A DNA stretch of 45,321 nt. Source: Escherichia phage AV129. Below are positions 1 through 8,736 of the stretch, piece after piece; position 1 is the first letter of the stretch; the number at the start of each line of letters is the position of its first letter. Both the position numbers and the translations under genes were made by a program. Below the pieces are notes generated by a model. It saw only the letters and a program-made list of their open reading frames with translations. It did no database searches and was not told where the DNA came from. The stretch lies in sequence record OR352959.1; one strand, written 5' to 3'.

Positions 1-33
1 AACCAGTACCACCGGCACAGGAGAGCGAAGAAG

Positions 34-387
34 ATGGCGGGCTTTAATTACGCAGGATTAAAGCGGAAAGTGAATCCGCTGATTAAAAAATTCGGCATGG
101 CCGTTACGGTTACGCGTCCCGGATCGGTTGACCGCGTAGACGGCGACGAAGTGGTAATCCCACCAACGTCGTTTGACGTCATCGGCCTTCGCGAGGAGTA
201 CAAGCCAAGCGAGATCGACGGAACGCGTATCGTTGCCGGTGATGTGAAGTTTTTATGTCGGGCGGGTGAGCAATTGCGGGTTGGCGACCTGGTTAACCTG
301 AACGGCACTGACTACCGGGTCGTCAACCCTAACCCACTGCAACCGGCGGGCACTACCATGCTGTTTCAACTACAGCTAAGGGGCTAA
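34..387 (+). CDS. putative head-tail connector / neck protein
   Basis: 117-aa ORF at the start of the plus-strand neck/tail block; call by position only. Confidence 0.3.
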   Translation: MAGFNYAGLKRKVNPLIKKFGMAVTVTRPGSVDRVDGDEVVIPPTSFDVIGLREEYKPSEIDGTRIVAGDVKFLCRAGEQLRVGDLVNLNGTDYRVVNPNPLQPAGTTMLFQLQLRG

Positions 388-388
388 C

Positions 389-982
389 GTGGCTGAAGTC
401 TACTCATTCGCCGCCACTATTGCTACGTGGGTGGATAAGACGAAGGAGAACAACGATAAGGCGGTGCGGGCGTACGGTATGCAAATACTCGGACGCCTTA
501 TTGAGATCTCCCCGGTGGGCGACCCCCGCCGGTGGAAGATTAACAAGGCTTACGCGCTTGCACGCGAACACGCGAACAAGGTGAACGCCGCACAGCGCCG
601 CAAGAATGGTGGCAAACTGAAGCGAGGGCAGAAGAAGCACGCCAGTGTGCTCGTCTCATTCAAAACTAAAAATGGCAACGTCACGTTCCGCCAGCGTGGC
701 TGGGCCGCGAAGAATTACACCGGCGGGCGCTTCCGTGGTAACTGGCAGGTGACGTTCGACCGCCCGGCTGTTGGCGCTATTGACCGCGTGGACAAGGCCG
801 GAACGGCAACATTAGCCGCGGGGCGTGAAGTGCTGGCACATTACGATTCGAGTGAATACGGGTCGATCTGGTTTACTAACAACGTGCCATACGCGCAGCG
901 CCTGGAGTATGGCTGGAGTAAACAAGCGCCCGCGGGGATTGTTCGCGTAGTAGCGGCAGAAATTAATTCGAAGGTGAAATAA
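389..982 (+). CDS. putative head-tail joining / neck protein
   Basis: 197-aa ORF tightly packed after the previous gene; weak resemblance to HK97 gp10-like neck proteins; mainly positional. Confidence 0.3.
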   Translation: MAEVYSFAATIATWVDKTKENNDKAVRAYGMQILGRLIEISPVGDPRRWKINKAYALAREHANKVNAAQRRKNGGKLKRGQKKHASVLVSFKTKNGNVTFRQRGWAAKNYTGGRFRGNWQVTFDRPAVGAIDRVDKAGTATLAAGREVLAHYDSSEYGSIWFTNNVPYAQRLEYGWSKQAPAGIVRVVAAEINSKVK

Positions 983-1404
983 TGAGCAATACTCTAATCC
1001 GCAAGGCGCTTAACAGCGTAGTAGAAGAGTTATCGGTAAGCCTGAGCACTAGCACGCGCCCGATAAAGGTTAACTGGGAGAACGTGAGCGGCGACCACGC
1101 AAACGGCAGCGGTGTCTACCTGGAACCGTACCTGCTTCCGGCCCCGACCCAGTTTGTGGGCTTCCAGCAGAAGGGACGGATCTATGCAGGCGTGTATCAG
1201 GTTGCCGTGGTATTTCCTGCGGGCACGGGCACACAGTACGCGAGCGAACTGGCGGACGCCATCGCGACGTCTGACAAATGGCGGGCAGTCAAGATCGCTG
1301 GCGCAGCTTTCCAACTTCAGGACGCGCCCTACACCAGTTCAGTGATTGAGGACGTTGACCGTGCCCGCATCGTGGTTACAGTCCCCTACACCTGTTGCGC
1401 CTGA
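982..1404 (+). CDS. putative tail completion / tail terminator protein
   Basis: 140-aa ORF with overlapping stop/start to the upstream gene, immediately before the major tail protein. Confidence 0.3.
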   Translation: MSNTLIRKALNSVVEELSVSLSTSTRPIKVNWENVSGDHANGSGVYLEPYLLPAPTQFVGFQQKGRIYAGVYQVAVVFPAGTGTQYASELADAIATSDKWRAVKIAGAAFQLQDAPYTSSVIEDVDRARIVVTVPYTCCA

Positions 1405-1464
1405 TTTGGCGCAATTCTATGCGTGCGGTATCATTAATCCGTATATCTAAACAGGAGCGTCATT

Positions 1465-2190
1465 ATGGGTTATCAACTTCCTAACGGGTCCAGCGTCCAG
1501 ATTGGGTCCGTACTGGGCAGCGGCATCGCTGTTACGGCAGCTACCAACGCCGCAGCGTCGATCTCTGATCTTACGAAAGGTTGCGTTATTACCTGCGCGG
1601 CTTCTCATGGCCTGAAAGTCGGCGATGTGGTAATGTTCACTAAAACTCCGTGGGTCCGTGCGCTGAACCTAGCGTTCATCGTGGGTAAAGTAGCTACCAA
1701 CGACGTTACGCTGGCGCGCTTCGACACCTCTGACGTGACCAAATATCCTACTGGCGCGTTTGCGGTAGGCACTCCGGGCGAAGTGGTGAAAGTGTCTAGC
1801 TTTATCGACTTCCCGTACATTACCAACGTTGCCGTATCTGGTGGCGACCAGCAGACGACTACCTTCCAGCCGTTGCAGGTGAACACCGCAATCAGTCTGA
1901 ACACCACGAAAAATCCGTTGGTGCAGACTTACACCTTCACCCACGACGAAGAAGACCCGATCCGCCCGATTCTGGAAGACCTGGACGACACACAGAAAAC
2001 CACTGTGATTAAGTTCACTAACCCAGCGGCAGCAAGCGGCAAAGGCGAGATCCGTATTTACCCGGCAAAGGTATCTTTCCAGAAGATTCCTTCCGCTGAA
2101 GTAAACAACGTGGAAACGGTGCAATCCACTCTGACCATGCAGTCTGATATGGTTATCTACCGTAAGGATCTGGTCGAGGCATTGTCTTGA
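1465..2190 (+). CDS. major tail (tube) protein, putative
   Basis: 241-aa ORF with RBS-like caggag upstream, directly upstream of the chaperone pair and tape measure, followed by a strong intrinsic terminator. Confidence 0.55.
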   Translation: MGYQLPNGSSVQIGSVLGSGIAVTAATNAAASISDLTKGCVITCAASHGLKVGDVVMFTKTPWVRALNLAFIVGKVATNDVTLARFDTSDVTKYPTGAFAVGTPGEVVKVSSFIDFPYITNVAVSGGDQQTTTFQPLQVNTAISLNTTKNPLVQTYTFTHDEEDPIRPILEDLDDTQKTTVIKFTNPAAASGKGEIRIYPAKVSFQKIPSAEVNNVETVQSTLTMQSDMVIYRKDLVEALS

Positions 2191-2220
2191 TTTGGTCGCT
2201 TAAGTAGCGAGTGATAATAT

Positions 2221-2246
2221 GGGGCCGGCACGGCCCCTTTTTTATT
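2221..2246 (+). terminator. rho-independent terminator
   Basis: GGGGCCG-gca-CGGCCCC hairpin followed by a T6 run. Confidence 0.7.
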
Positions 2247-2259
2247 GGAGAATACTACA

Positions 2260-2622
2260 ATGGCTAAAGCACCACTCTTCACACTCGACCCTAAGCCAAC
2301 CTTTAAGCTGCCGATTGAGATCCCGCGCCCTGGTGAGAACGAGCCGGGCAAGATGACTTTCACCGTCCGCCACCGCCCGATCGACGAATTTTCGCAAACC
2401 ATGCAGGACACCGAAAGAAAGCTATCGGAATATGACGACAATGACCCGGACGGCTTTAACGTTATGGTCGAGGCCATCATGCACGTCGCGGAAGGCTGGA
2501 ATCTGCCAGACGAATTTAACGCGGAGAACGTCCGCCGCCTGGTGGTCAACTATCCACGCGCGTTCGGTGTGTTCCACACGTCGTACTATCTCGAACTGAT
2601 GGGGTTGCGTGAAAAAAACTAA
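2260..2622 (+). CDS. tail assembly chaperone (lambda G-like)
   Basis: Small ORF between major tail protein and tape measure; ATG at 2260 preceded by GGAGA (the track's 2245 start is a TTG); ends at a slippery site. Confidence 0.7.
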   Translation: MAKAPLFTLDPKPTFKLPIEIPRPGENEPGKMTFTVRHRPIDEFSQTMQDTERKLSEYDDNDPDGFNVMVEAIMHVAEGWNLPDEFNAENVRRLVVNYPRAFGVFHTSYYLELMGLREKN

Positions 2623-2936
2623 TTGAGGCGGCGCGACGCTTTTATGGCCCGCCGCCACCCTCTGAAGATTTAGCCGCAAGTTTATGGGGCGCGGCACCCG
2701 AAGATGTTTGTCCGCCTGTTGCGCTATGGCCCGATAACGCGAAGATAGTCGCAGTCTTCACAGATTGCGCCACGCAATGGCGCACCGGATTTGGTGGCGC
2801 ATACGGCATCGACTACGGCGTGCTGGAGTGGTTATTTAAGATGCACGGTATCGAAAACGAGCAGCGCGCGTTTAAAGATATCAAGCTAATGGAACGCATC
2901 GCGCTTGATGAAATGGCGCAGCAGAACCCCGCATAA
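2260..2936 (+). CDS. tail assembly chaperone frameshift fusion (lambda GT-like), needs -1 ribosomal frameshift
   Basis: The -1 frame is open from the slippery heptamer at 2613-2619 to TAA at 2934-2936 with no ATG start of its own, and its translation is protein-like (GIDYGVLEWLFKMHGIENEQRAF). Confidence 0.6.
2613..2619 (+). promoter_or_regulatory. -1 programmed frameshift slippery heptamer A_AAA_AAC
   Basis: Zero-frame codons GAA AAA AAC TAA; canonical X_XXY_YYZ heptamer immediately before the chaperone stop codon. Confidence 0.6.
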
Positions 2937-2938
2937 TG

Positions 2939-3256
2939 AAGCGGGACAAGCGGGACGTCCCGTTTTGTCCCGCCCCTGTGAAACCGCATACCTACTCACT
3001 TTCATTGCATAATCTAAAAGCGGGACAAGCGGGATGTCCCGTTTTGTCCCGCCCCACAAAAGTGCATACGTATTCAGTTTTATTGCATAAAACAAACGGG
3101 ACAGAAAGCGGGACAAACAAGGGGCGGGACAAAACGGGACAGCACCCCGTCCCCGCCAGTGCTGCCGCGGTTTTTAGCCGATCGGGACAGGCGGGACAAT
3201 CCCCAGTCTTTCAGACTAGACGGGGGGTCAGTGGCCCCCATCGTCTGAGACTGAAT
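2939..3256. repeat. CGGGACA iteron cluster with head-to-head palindromes and a long imperfect hairpin (copy 1 of a duplicated element)
   Basis: At least 12 GGGACA boxes; two near-identical palindromes GCGGGACAAGCGGGAC/GTCCCGTTTTGTCCCGC at 2941-2973 and 3021-3053; 3084-3256 is near-identical to 31893-32060. Confidence 0.7.
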
Positions 3257-3321
3257 AAGGTTTGTTTTGAAATCGCTGATACAATATCCATCGGCAACTG
3301 CATAAAAAAGGGGACTGCATA

Positions 3322-5964
3322 ATGGCAGATCAGGCAGCAGGCATCACGCTAAAGGCTGATGTTGCACAAATCAGAACGGCAAATACTGTGCTGGACTCCT
3401 TCGCACAGAAATCCGAGAACACAGAAAACAAGGTTAAGAAATTAAACGACACCCTCGGCAAGTCCAAAAAGGTGACGAGTGACGCCGCGGGCGGAATGGA
3501 AAAGCTGGCAAACGAATCGCAGCGCGCCGCCGATGGCATGACGAAACAGGAGAGACTCGCCAACAGGTTAGGGATGTCGACTAAAAACCTGGGCTTTGCC
3601 TCGCGTAACGCCGCATTCCAGCTACAGGATATTGCGGTAACGCTTGAGATGGGGATGCCGGTTCACCGCGTCATGCTTCAGCAGTTACCGCAGCTAACTG
3701 GGGCGTTCGGTGGACTGGGTAACACGCTGCGTTATGTTGCGGGCTTCCTCGGCCCAGTAGGGATCGGCCTCGCCGCCGTAACGGCAACGTTAGGCGTGGG
3801 CGTGGCAATTACGTCCCGCGCAGAGAACCAGGTCGCCGCGCTTAACAAGACGCTGGCGCTGTCAGGTAACATTTCCGGCCTCACTGCAAACCAGATCCTG
3901 GTGTTATCCGAGAACGCCGAGCGCATGGGCGGATCATTCCGCAAGACGCGTGACACAATCCAGGCGCTGGCGGCGGCGGGTGTGAAAGCGGGTGGTGACT
4001 TCGGCGCATTGGCTAAGGTAGTTAATGACTTTGCGAAGGTGTCCAGCCAGCCGATCGAGGATGTGGTCGCGGCGGTGGCGAAGCTGTCAACCGACCCGGT
4101 AGGCGGCTTACGGGCATTGGCGGATAAGTATCACGTCGTAAACGAAGCGCAGATCCAGCAGGTACAGTCGCTTGTGGATATGGGTCGCGAGACAGACGCG
4201 GTGGCGCTGGCTAACAAAACCGCCGCGGCGTCGTTCACCACTATGACCAACGATATTAAGTCCAACATGGGTACGCTTGAGCGTTCGATGAACGTCGTCA
4301 CATCGGCAGCTAAATCTATGTGGGATGCCATCCTGGATGTTGGGCGCGCGCAGTCATCGAATGAGTCCGAGATGAAAGCGCGTGAGTCATTGCAGCGGCT
4401 GACCACGGCTTACTATGCCGAGATGAAAGCGGTAAACGCTGCCGGTGGGGTGATGACCGAAGCGCAGAAAGCGCGTATTAACATGCTTTACAGCGAACTT
4501 GTCGCACAGGAGAAGGTGGTGGCGTCGCTCACCCTGCGCAACCGTGCTGAGCGGGAAAACGCCAGCGCCGCGGACGAAGCAGCAAAGGCGAACGAAGAGG
4601 CCAACCGTACCGCCCGCGACCGCGCTGCGTTTGAGAAGGAGTACGCAACAAACGCGAAGAGGCGAGCTGACGAGATCGCCCGCCTCAATTTGCTGAATAA
4701 GCGTGGCGTGATTGACGAGAAAGAACTTGCCGAGGCGGTGAAGCAGGTAAACGAGCGTTACAAAGACCCCGCCCCGAAGAAGGCCGCCGCTGTTCGAGTC
4801 GATGCCGGGCTGAAAATGCTGGAGGTCGCACGGAGCGAACTGGCACAGCTTCGAGAATCAGGCAAGCAGATCGAGGCCAACTCTTCGACGCAGACCAGAA
4901 CGCAACGCGCGCAAGCGGCCCTTAACAAGCTGATTGCCGACAACGAGCAGTTAATCGCTGCGAGCAAAGAAAGGGCGCTGACGGCAGCAGAGAAGCAGCA
5001 ATTAGTCGAGTTCGGGCGCGTGAAGGAAGTCCGCGAGCAGATCGTCGAAGAAGCCAAATTGCTGGACGCGAAAGAGAAGCAGGTCAAGGCGCACGCGCAG
5101 ATCGACGCCTTCGTTAAGAACCAGAACGCCGAGCTAAAAGCCACCGCGGCGGGCTATGCGCTTTCCACTCGCGAAGCGGCAAACCTGCGTGAAGAATTGC
5201 AGCTAATTGACCGCCTTAAGCGGGTGGGCGCTAGCGATACCGATATTGATCTGGCGGTGTCTAAGCTGCGCGAAGTGCAGGAAGCACAGACCGGTGCTAA
5301 CGCCTCGCTATGGGATGGCTTCAGCCGCGGGCTTAAGGATAGCGTGGATGAAATGGGTAACGGCTATACGCAGATGACGTCACTCACAAAATTCACGTTC
5401 GGCGCTATGCAGGACACGATGAACAAGTTTTTCGAGACTGGCAAGCTGAACGCAAAGGATATGGTTAAATCCATCCTTAGCGAATTAATCAAGCTGGCTA
5501 CATCGCAGGCGTTCAAGTCCATCGTTAGCGCTTTCGGCGGTGACGGCGGCAAAAACGGATTGTTCGGCGCTATCTTCTCTGGCCTCACTAAGAATGCGGA
5601 CGGCGGAGCGTACGCAGGAGGCAATCTCGCGGCCTATTCGGGGAAAGTGGTAAGCCAGCCTACCTTTTTCAGTTATGGCGTCCAGGCGTTCGCTAAGGGC
5701 GCAGGATTGATGGGTGAGGCCGGACCCGAAGCCATCATGCCACTGAAGCGCGGGCCGGACGGGAAACTGGGTGTTGCCGCGTCTGGCGCAGGCGGTGGTA
5801 TGGTCGTGACGACTAACGTTTACACGGGGTCCGGTAAAACAGATACCAGTGTCAGCGGGCCGGACCCCCGTACCGCGCAGGCGTTCGGCAAGCAAATCAC
5901 CGAAGCGGTGAAGGCCGAGATCGTGAAAGCGACGAAACCGGGTGGTGTACTTTACAAACGATGA
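3322..5964 (+). CDS. tail tape measure protein
   Basis: 880-aa ORF after the chaperone pair; long helical Ala/Gln/Lys-rich middle and Gly-rich C-terminal region typical of tape measure proteins. Confidence 0.85.
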   Translation: MADQAAGITLKADVAQIRTANTVLDSFAQKSENTENKVKKLNDTLGKSKKVTSDAAGGMEKLANESQRAADGMTKQERLANRLGMSTKNLGFASRNAAFQLQDIAVTLEMGMPVHRVMLQQLPQLTGAFGGLGNTLRYVAGFLGPVGIGLAAVTATLGVGVAITSRAENQVAALNKTLALSGNISGLTANQILVLSENAERMGGSFRKTRDTIQALAAAGVKAGGDFGALAKVVNDFAKVSSQPIEDVVAAVAKLSTDPVGGLRALADKYHVVNEAQIQQVQSLVDMGRETDAVALANKTAAASFTTMTNDIKSNMGTLERSMNVVTSAAKSMWDAILDVGRAQSSNESEMKARESLQRLTTAYYAEMKAVNAAGGVMTEAQKARINMLYSELVAQEKVVASLTLRNRAERENASAADEAAKANEEANRTARDRAAFEKEYATNAKRRADEIARLNLLNKRGVIDEKELAEAVKQVNERYKDPAPKKAAAVRVDAGLKMLEVARSELAQLRESGKQIEANSSTQTRTQRAQAALNKLIADNEQLIAASKERALTAAEKQQLVEFGRVKEVREQIVEEAKLLDAKEKQVKAHAQIDAFVKNQNAELKATAAGYALSTREAANLREELQLIDRLKRVGASDTDIDLAVSKLREVQEAQTGANASLWDGFSRGLKDSVDEMGNGYTQMTSLTKFTFGAMQDTMNKFFETGKLNAKDMVKSILSELIKLATSQAFKSIVSAFGGDGGKNGLFGAIFSGLTKNADGGAYAGGNLAAYSGKVVSQPTFFSYGVQAFAKGAGLMGEAGPEAIMPLKRGPDGKLGVAASGAGGGMVVTTNVYTGSGKTDTSVSGPDPRTAQAFGKQITEAVKAEIVKATKPGGVLYKR

Positions 5965-5971
5965 TAAAATG

Positions 5972-6000
5972 GCCCTCACATCCATCGTGGGGGCTTTTTT
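5972..6000 (+). terminator. putative intrinsic terminator
   Basis: Imperfect hairpin GCCCTCAC/GTGGGGGC followed by T6 right after the tape measure stop. Confidence 0.45.
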
Positions 6001-6600
6001 ATGTCACAAGGTACAATCACATTAACTAAGGGGAGTAAGACCGTTACGGGCGCGGGAACGGCGTTCCTTAGCGAGATCGGGAAGGTACGCGTATTCGCCC
6101 GCATCGACGGCAACGACTACACCGGCAAAATTGCAGCATTCAACTCGAACACGGTCATTACACTGAAAGATAACTGGGCCGGCCCGACAAAAGCCGGTGC
6201 GGCATATGAGCTAATCGAAGCGCACGACCCGCGATCAAACGAATGGCCCTATTACTGGCACATGCAATTGCAGGGCGGCGGCGACGTGCAGTTAGCTTTC
6301 CGATCCGAGGAATTGCAATTCGGTAATGGTTACGGTCAGAACATCGCGGACGGCCCGAACGCCGAGACGAAACAATTTCCCGTGCAATTCATCGGACTGA
6401 CTACTGACAAGTGGTGCGACCCTAAACTGGTTTACAACTTTCTTCGCGGTCACTTCGTCAAACCGTTTGTTGTCACCGCGCCGGATGGCGAAACAGGTTT
6501 ATTCGTGGTCGAGCGTTCGAGCTTGTCGTACACTGACAACGGACACAACACGGCAACGGTGTCCGCCACCCTTAAGACTGCCATTGGATTCGTAAGATGA
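6001..6600 (+). CDS. minor tail protein (gpM-like / distal tail), putative
   Basis: First ORF after the tape measure in a lambda-like order. Confidence 0.45.
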   Translation: MSQGTITLTKGSKTVTGAGTAFLSEIGKVRVFARIDGNDYTGKIAAFNSNTVITLKDNWAGPTKAGAAYELIEAHDPRSNEWPYYWHMQLQGGGDVQLAFRSEELQFGNGYGQNIADGPNAETKQFPVQFIGLTTDKWCDPKLVYNFLRGHFVKPFVVTAPDGETGLFVVERSSLSYTDNGHNTATVSATLKTAIGFVR

Positions 6601-7385
6601 ATAAACTATATCGCGAGGCGACGCGCTTTGACCCGTCGGGACGCGTTCGCCTGATCCACATTGACGCGCAGGACGTGGAGCCTGGCGACGGCGCGATCGG
6701 CGCGGGCCATCACTATTTTCACTATTGCTTTATTCCGCACACTGCCGAGGATATTGCCGCCGCAGGTGGTGACGAGGACAAGCTAAAACCTAAATCCATC
6801 TTCTTCGGCGGGCAGGAGTTCGAATTTTGGCCCTTCGATTTATCCGGTCTTAACTTCTCCACATCAACGGCAGCAGAACCGCAGCTAACCATCGTCGATA
6901 TTGGCGGAATCATCACCCGGTTGTCGCTGAATCACGACCAGCTACTGGGCGCGAAGGTTGAGATCATTGATACGTTCGCGAAGTTCCTTGATAACGGGTC
7001 GGATCCAGACCCGACGCAAAAACGTGTCCAGGAGTATTACATCGACTCACAGGTCGGTCGCAATCCTGGCAAGCAGATCACCTTCGCATTATCCTCACCC
7101 GCGGATATGGAGGGGCAAGTAGTTCCCCGCCGCCAAATAATGAATATGTGCGAATGGGCGCTCAATGGGAAGTACGCCAGCGGGGACGGCTGCACGTGGA
7201 ACCTTGCGAAGCCTGGCATCAAATACTACGACGAGCGCGGTAATGAAGTCATTGCGATGAACATGGACCGATGCGGCGGCTGTTTGTCCGACTGTTATCT
7301 TCGATTTGGGCAAGGGCTTGCGGACCCTAAAGCGGCGGTGCTGGACTTCGGAGGCTTTCCGGGGTCCAGATTAATTAAGGGGTAG
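6597..7385 (+). CDS. minor tail protein L-like
   Basis: Position between the M-like and K-like genes; C-terminal Cys cluster CGGCLSDC as in lambda gpL-type proteins. Confidence 0.55.
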   Translation: MNKLYREATRFDPSGRVRLIHIDAQDVEPGDGAIGAGHHYFHYCFIPHTAEDIAAAGGDEDKLKPKSIFFGGQEFEFWPFDLSGLNFSTSTAAEPQLTIVDIGGIITRLSLNHDQLLGAKVEIIDTFAKFLDNGSDPDPTQKRVQEYYIDSQVGRNPGKQITFALSSPADMEGQVVPRRQIMNMCEWALNGKYASGDGCTWNLAKPGIKYYDERGNEVIAMNMDRCGGCLSDCYLRFGQGLADPKAAVLDFGGFPGSRLIKG

Positions 7386-7387
7386 CC

Positions 7388-8128
7388 ATGCTGACGAAAA
7401 AGGTTAAAAGCGATATCGCCGCACATGTCGCGGCATGTCTGCCGGAAGAAGCCTGCGGCCTTGTCGTCATGGTGGGCCGTAAGCAAGTATTCGTCCCGTG
7501 CCTTAACGTGTTTGAAGACCCGACCGGCGTGCGCTCACGCAAAGACGCTTTCACGATTAGCGATATGGCCTGGATGGATGCCGAGGATATGGGCGACGTA
7601 GTGCGCGTAGTCCACTCGCACCCAGGTCAGCGCGAGTTAACCCCGTCGTTGGGCGACGTTAACGGATGCAACGGCAGCGGCGTCGTCTGGACCATCACTA
7701 ACGAATATGGCGACTTTATCGAGATCGACCCGGAAGACCCGCCGCTGGTGGGTCGCCGATTTGTTCTCGGAATTACGGATTGTTATGGCCTCGTTATGGA
7801 CTGGCACAAAAAGCAGGGAGTAAATTTGCCAGACTTCCGCGTGCCGTACAACTGGTGGGAGACCGGGGAGAACCTGTACATGGATAACTGGTACGGTGCA
7901 GGCTTCAGAGAATGCGAGGAGAATACGCCTGGGGCGATGGTCATCATGCAGATTAGCGCGCCAGTGCCTAACCATGCCGGAATCTACCTTCCGGGCAACC
8001 AACTACTACACCATATCTACGGAAGCCTGTCGAGCGTGATACCCTTCCGGGCAGGATTTTTCCGCGACAATGTGGTTAAATGGGTACGTCATAAAGACCT
8101 ACCGGGGAATATCACAGAATGGCAATGA
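7388..8128 (+). CDS. tail assembly protein K-like (MPN/JAMM + NlpC/P60)
   Basis: JAMM-like motif VVHSHPGQRELTPSLGD and Cys-containing NlpC/P60-like segment GITDCYGLV. Confidence 0.75.
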   Translation: MLTKKVKSDIAAHVAACLPEEACGLVVMVGRKQVFVPCLNVFEDPTGVRSRKDAFTISDMAWMDAEDMGDVVRVVHSHPGQRELTPSLGDVNGCNGSGVVWTITNEYGDFIEIDPEDPPLVGRRFVLGITDCYGLVMDWHKKQGVNLPDFRVPYNWWETGENLYMDNWYGAGFRECEENTPGAMVIMQISAPVPNHAGIYLPGNQLLHHIYGSLSSVIPFRAGFFRDNVVKWVRHKDLPGNITEWQ

Positions 8129-8736
8129 CCACATTTAAATTGTACGGCGTCTTAGGACGTCGTTTTGGTAAAGTGCATAAGCTGGACTGCTTCACACCGG
8201 GCGAGGGTATCACCGGCCTGTGCGTGAAGTTACCCGGCTTACAGGACTTTCTAATGTCGGCCCACCTGGACAACATGATGTTCAAAGTGCGCAAGGGCAA
8301 TCACACTCTGACCGGCTACGATGAGCTAGGCGAGTTCCACGGCAATCGCGTAGTGACCATCGCGCCGGTTATGACTGGTGCAAAAAGCGGACTGGGCCAA
8401 TTGCTGGCGGGTGTAGCAATCGTGGTGGCGTCGTTCTATACCGGCGGGCTTGCGACTGCCGCTTTTGGAGCTTCAGCGGCGACCGCGGCCTCTATCGGCG
8501 CAGCGACGTTTTCGTTCGGGATGTCGATGGCGCTGGGTGGCGTTATGCAATTGTTATCACCGCAACCGAAGGGATTGCAGACAAGGCAGGACGTTGATAA
8601 CAAGGCGTCGTACGCGTTCGGCGGACCGGTAAACACGACCGCGCAAGGCACGGCACTTGGTGTATTATGGGGCGAGCGTGAGATCGGCGGCGCTATTATT
8701 TCCGCCGGAATCGTAACCGAGGACTTGAACGAATGA
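8119..8736 (+). CDS. tail assembly protein I-like
   Basis: 205-aa ORF with a Gly/Ala-rich hydrophobic C-terminal half, between the K-like and J-like genes. Confidence 0.55.
   Translation: MAMTTFKLYGVLGRRFGKVHKLDCFTPGEGITGLCVKLPGLQDFLMSAHLDNMMFKVRKGNHTLTGYDELGEFHGNRVVTIAPVMTGAKSGLGQLLAGVAIVVASFYTGGLATAAFGASAATAASIGAATFSFGMSMALGGVMQLLSPQPKGLQTRQDVDNKASYAFGGPVNTTAQGTALGVLWGEREIGGAIISAGIVTEDLNE

Noticed and set aside
2939-3256. Possible CRISPR array suggested by the short direct repeats
   Set aside because: Repeats are 6-9 nt boxes with irregular spacing and inverted copies, with no 25-40 nt repeat/spacer periodicity and no cas genes.
2936-3322. 128-aa ORF spanning the CGGGACA repeat region (and the similar 84-aa ORF at 31801..32055)
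   Set aside because: The translation is just the repeats read as KRDKRD/GTESGTNKGRDKTGQHP; the same DNA recurs at a second non-coding locus. Treated as a non-coding repeat element.
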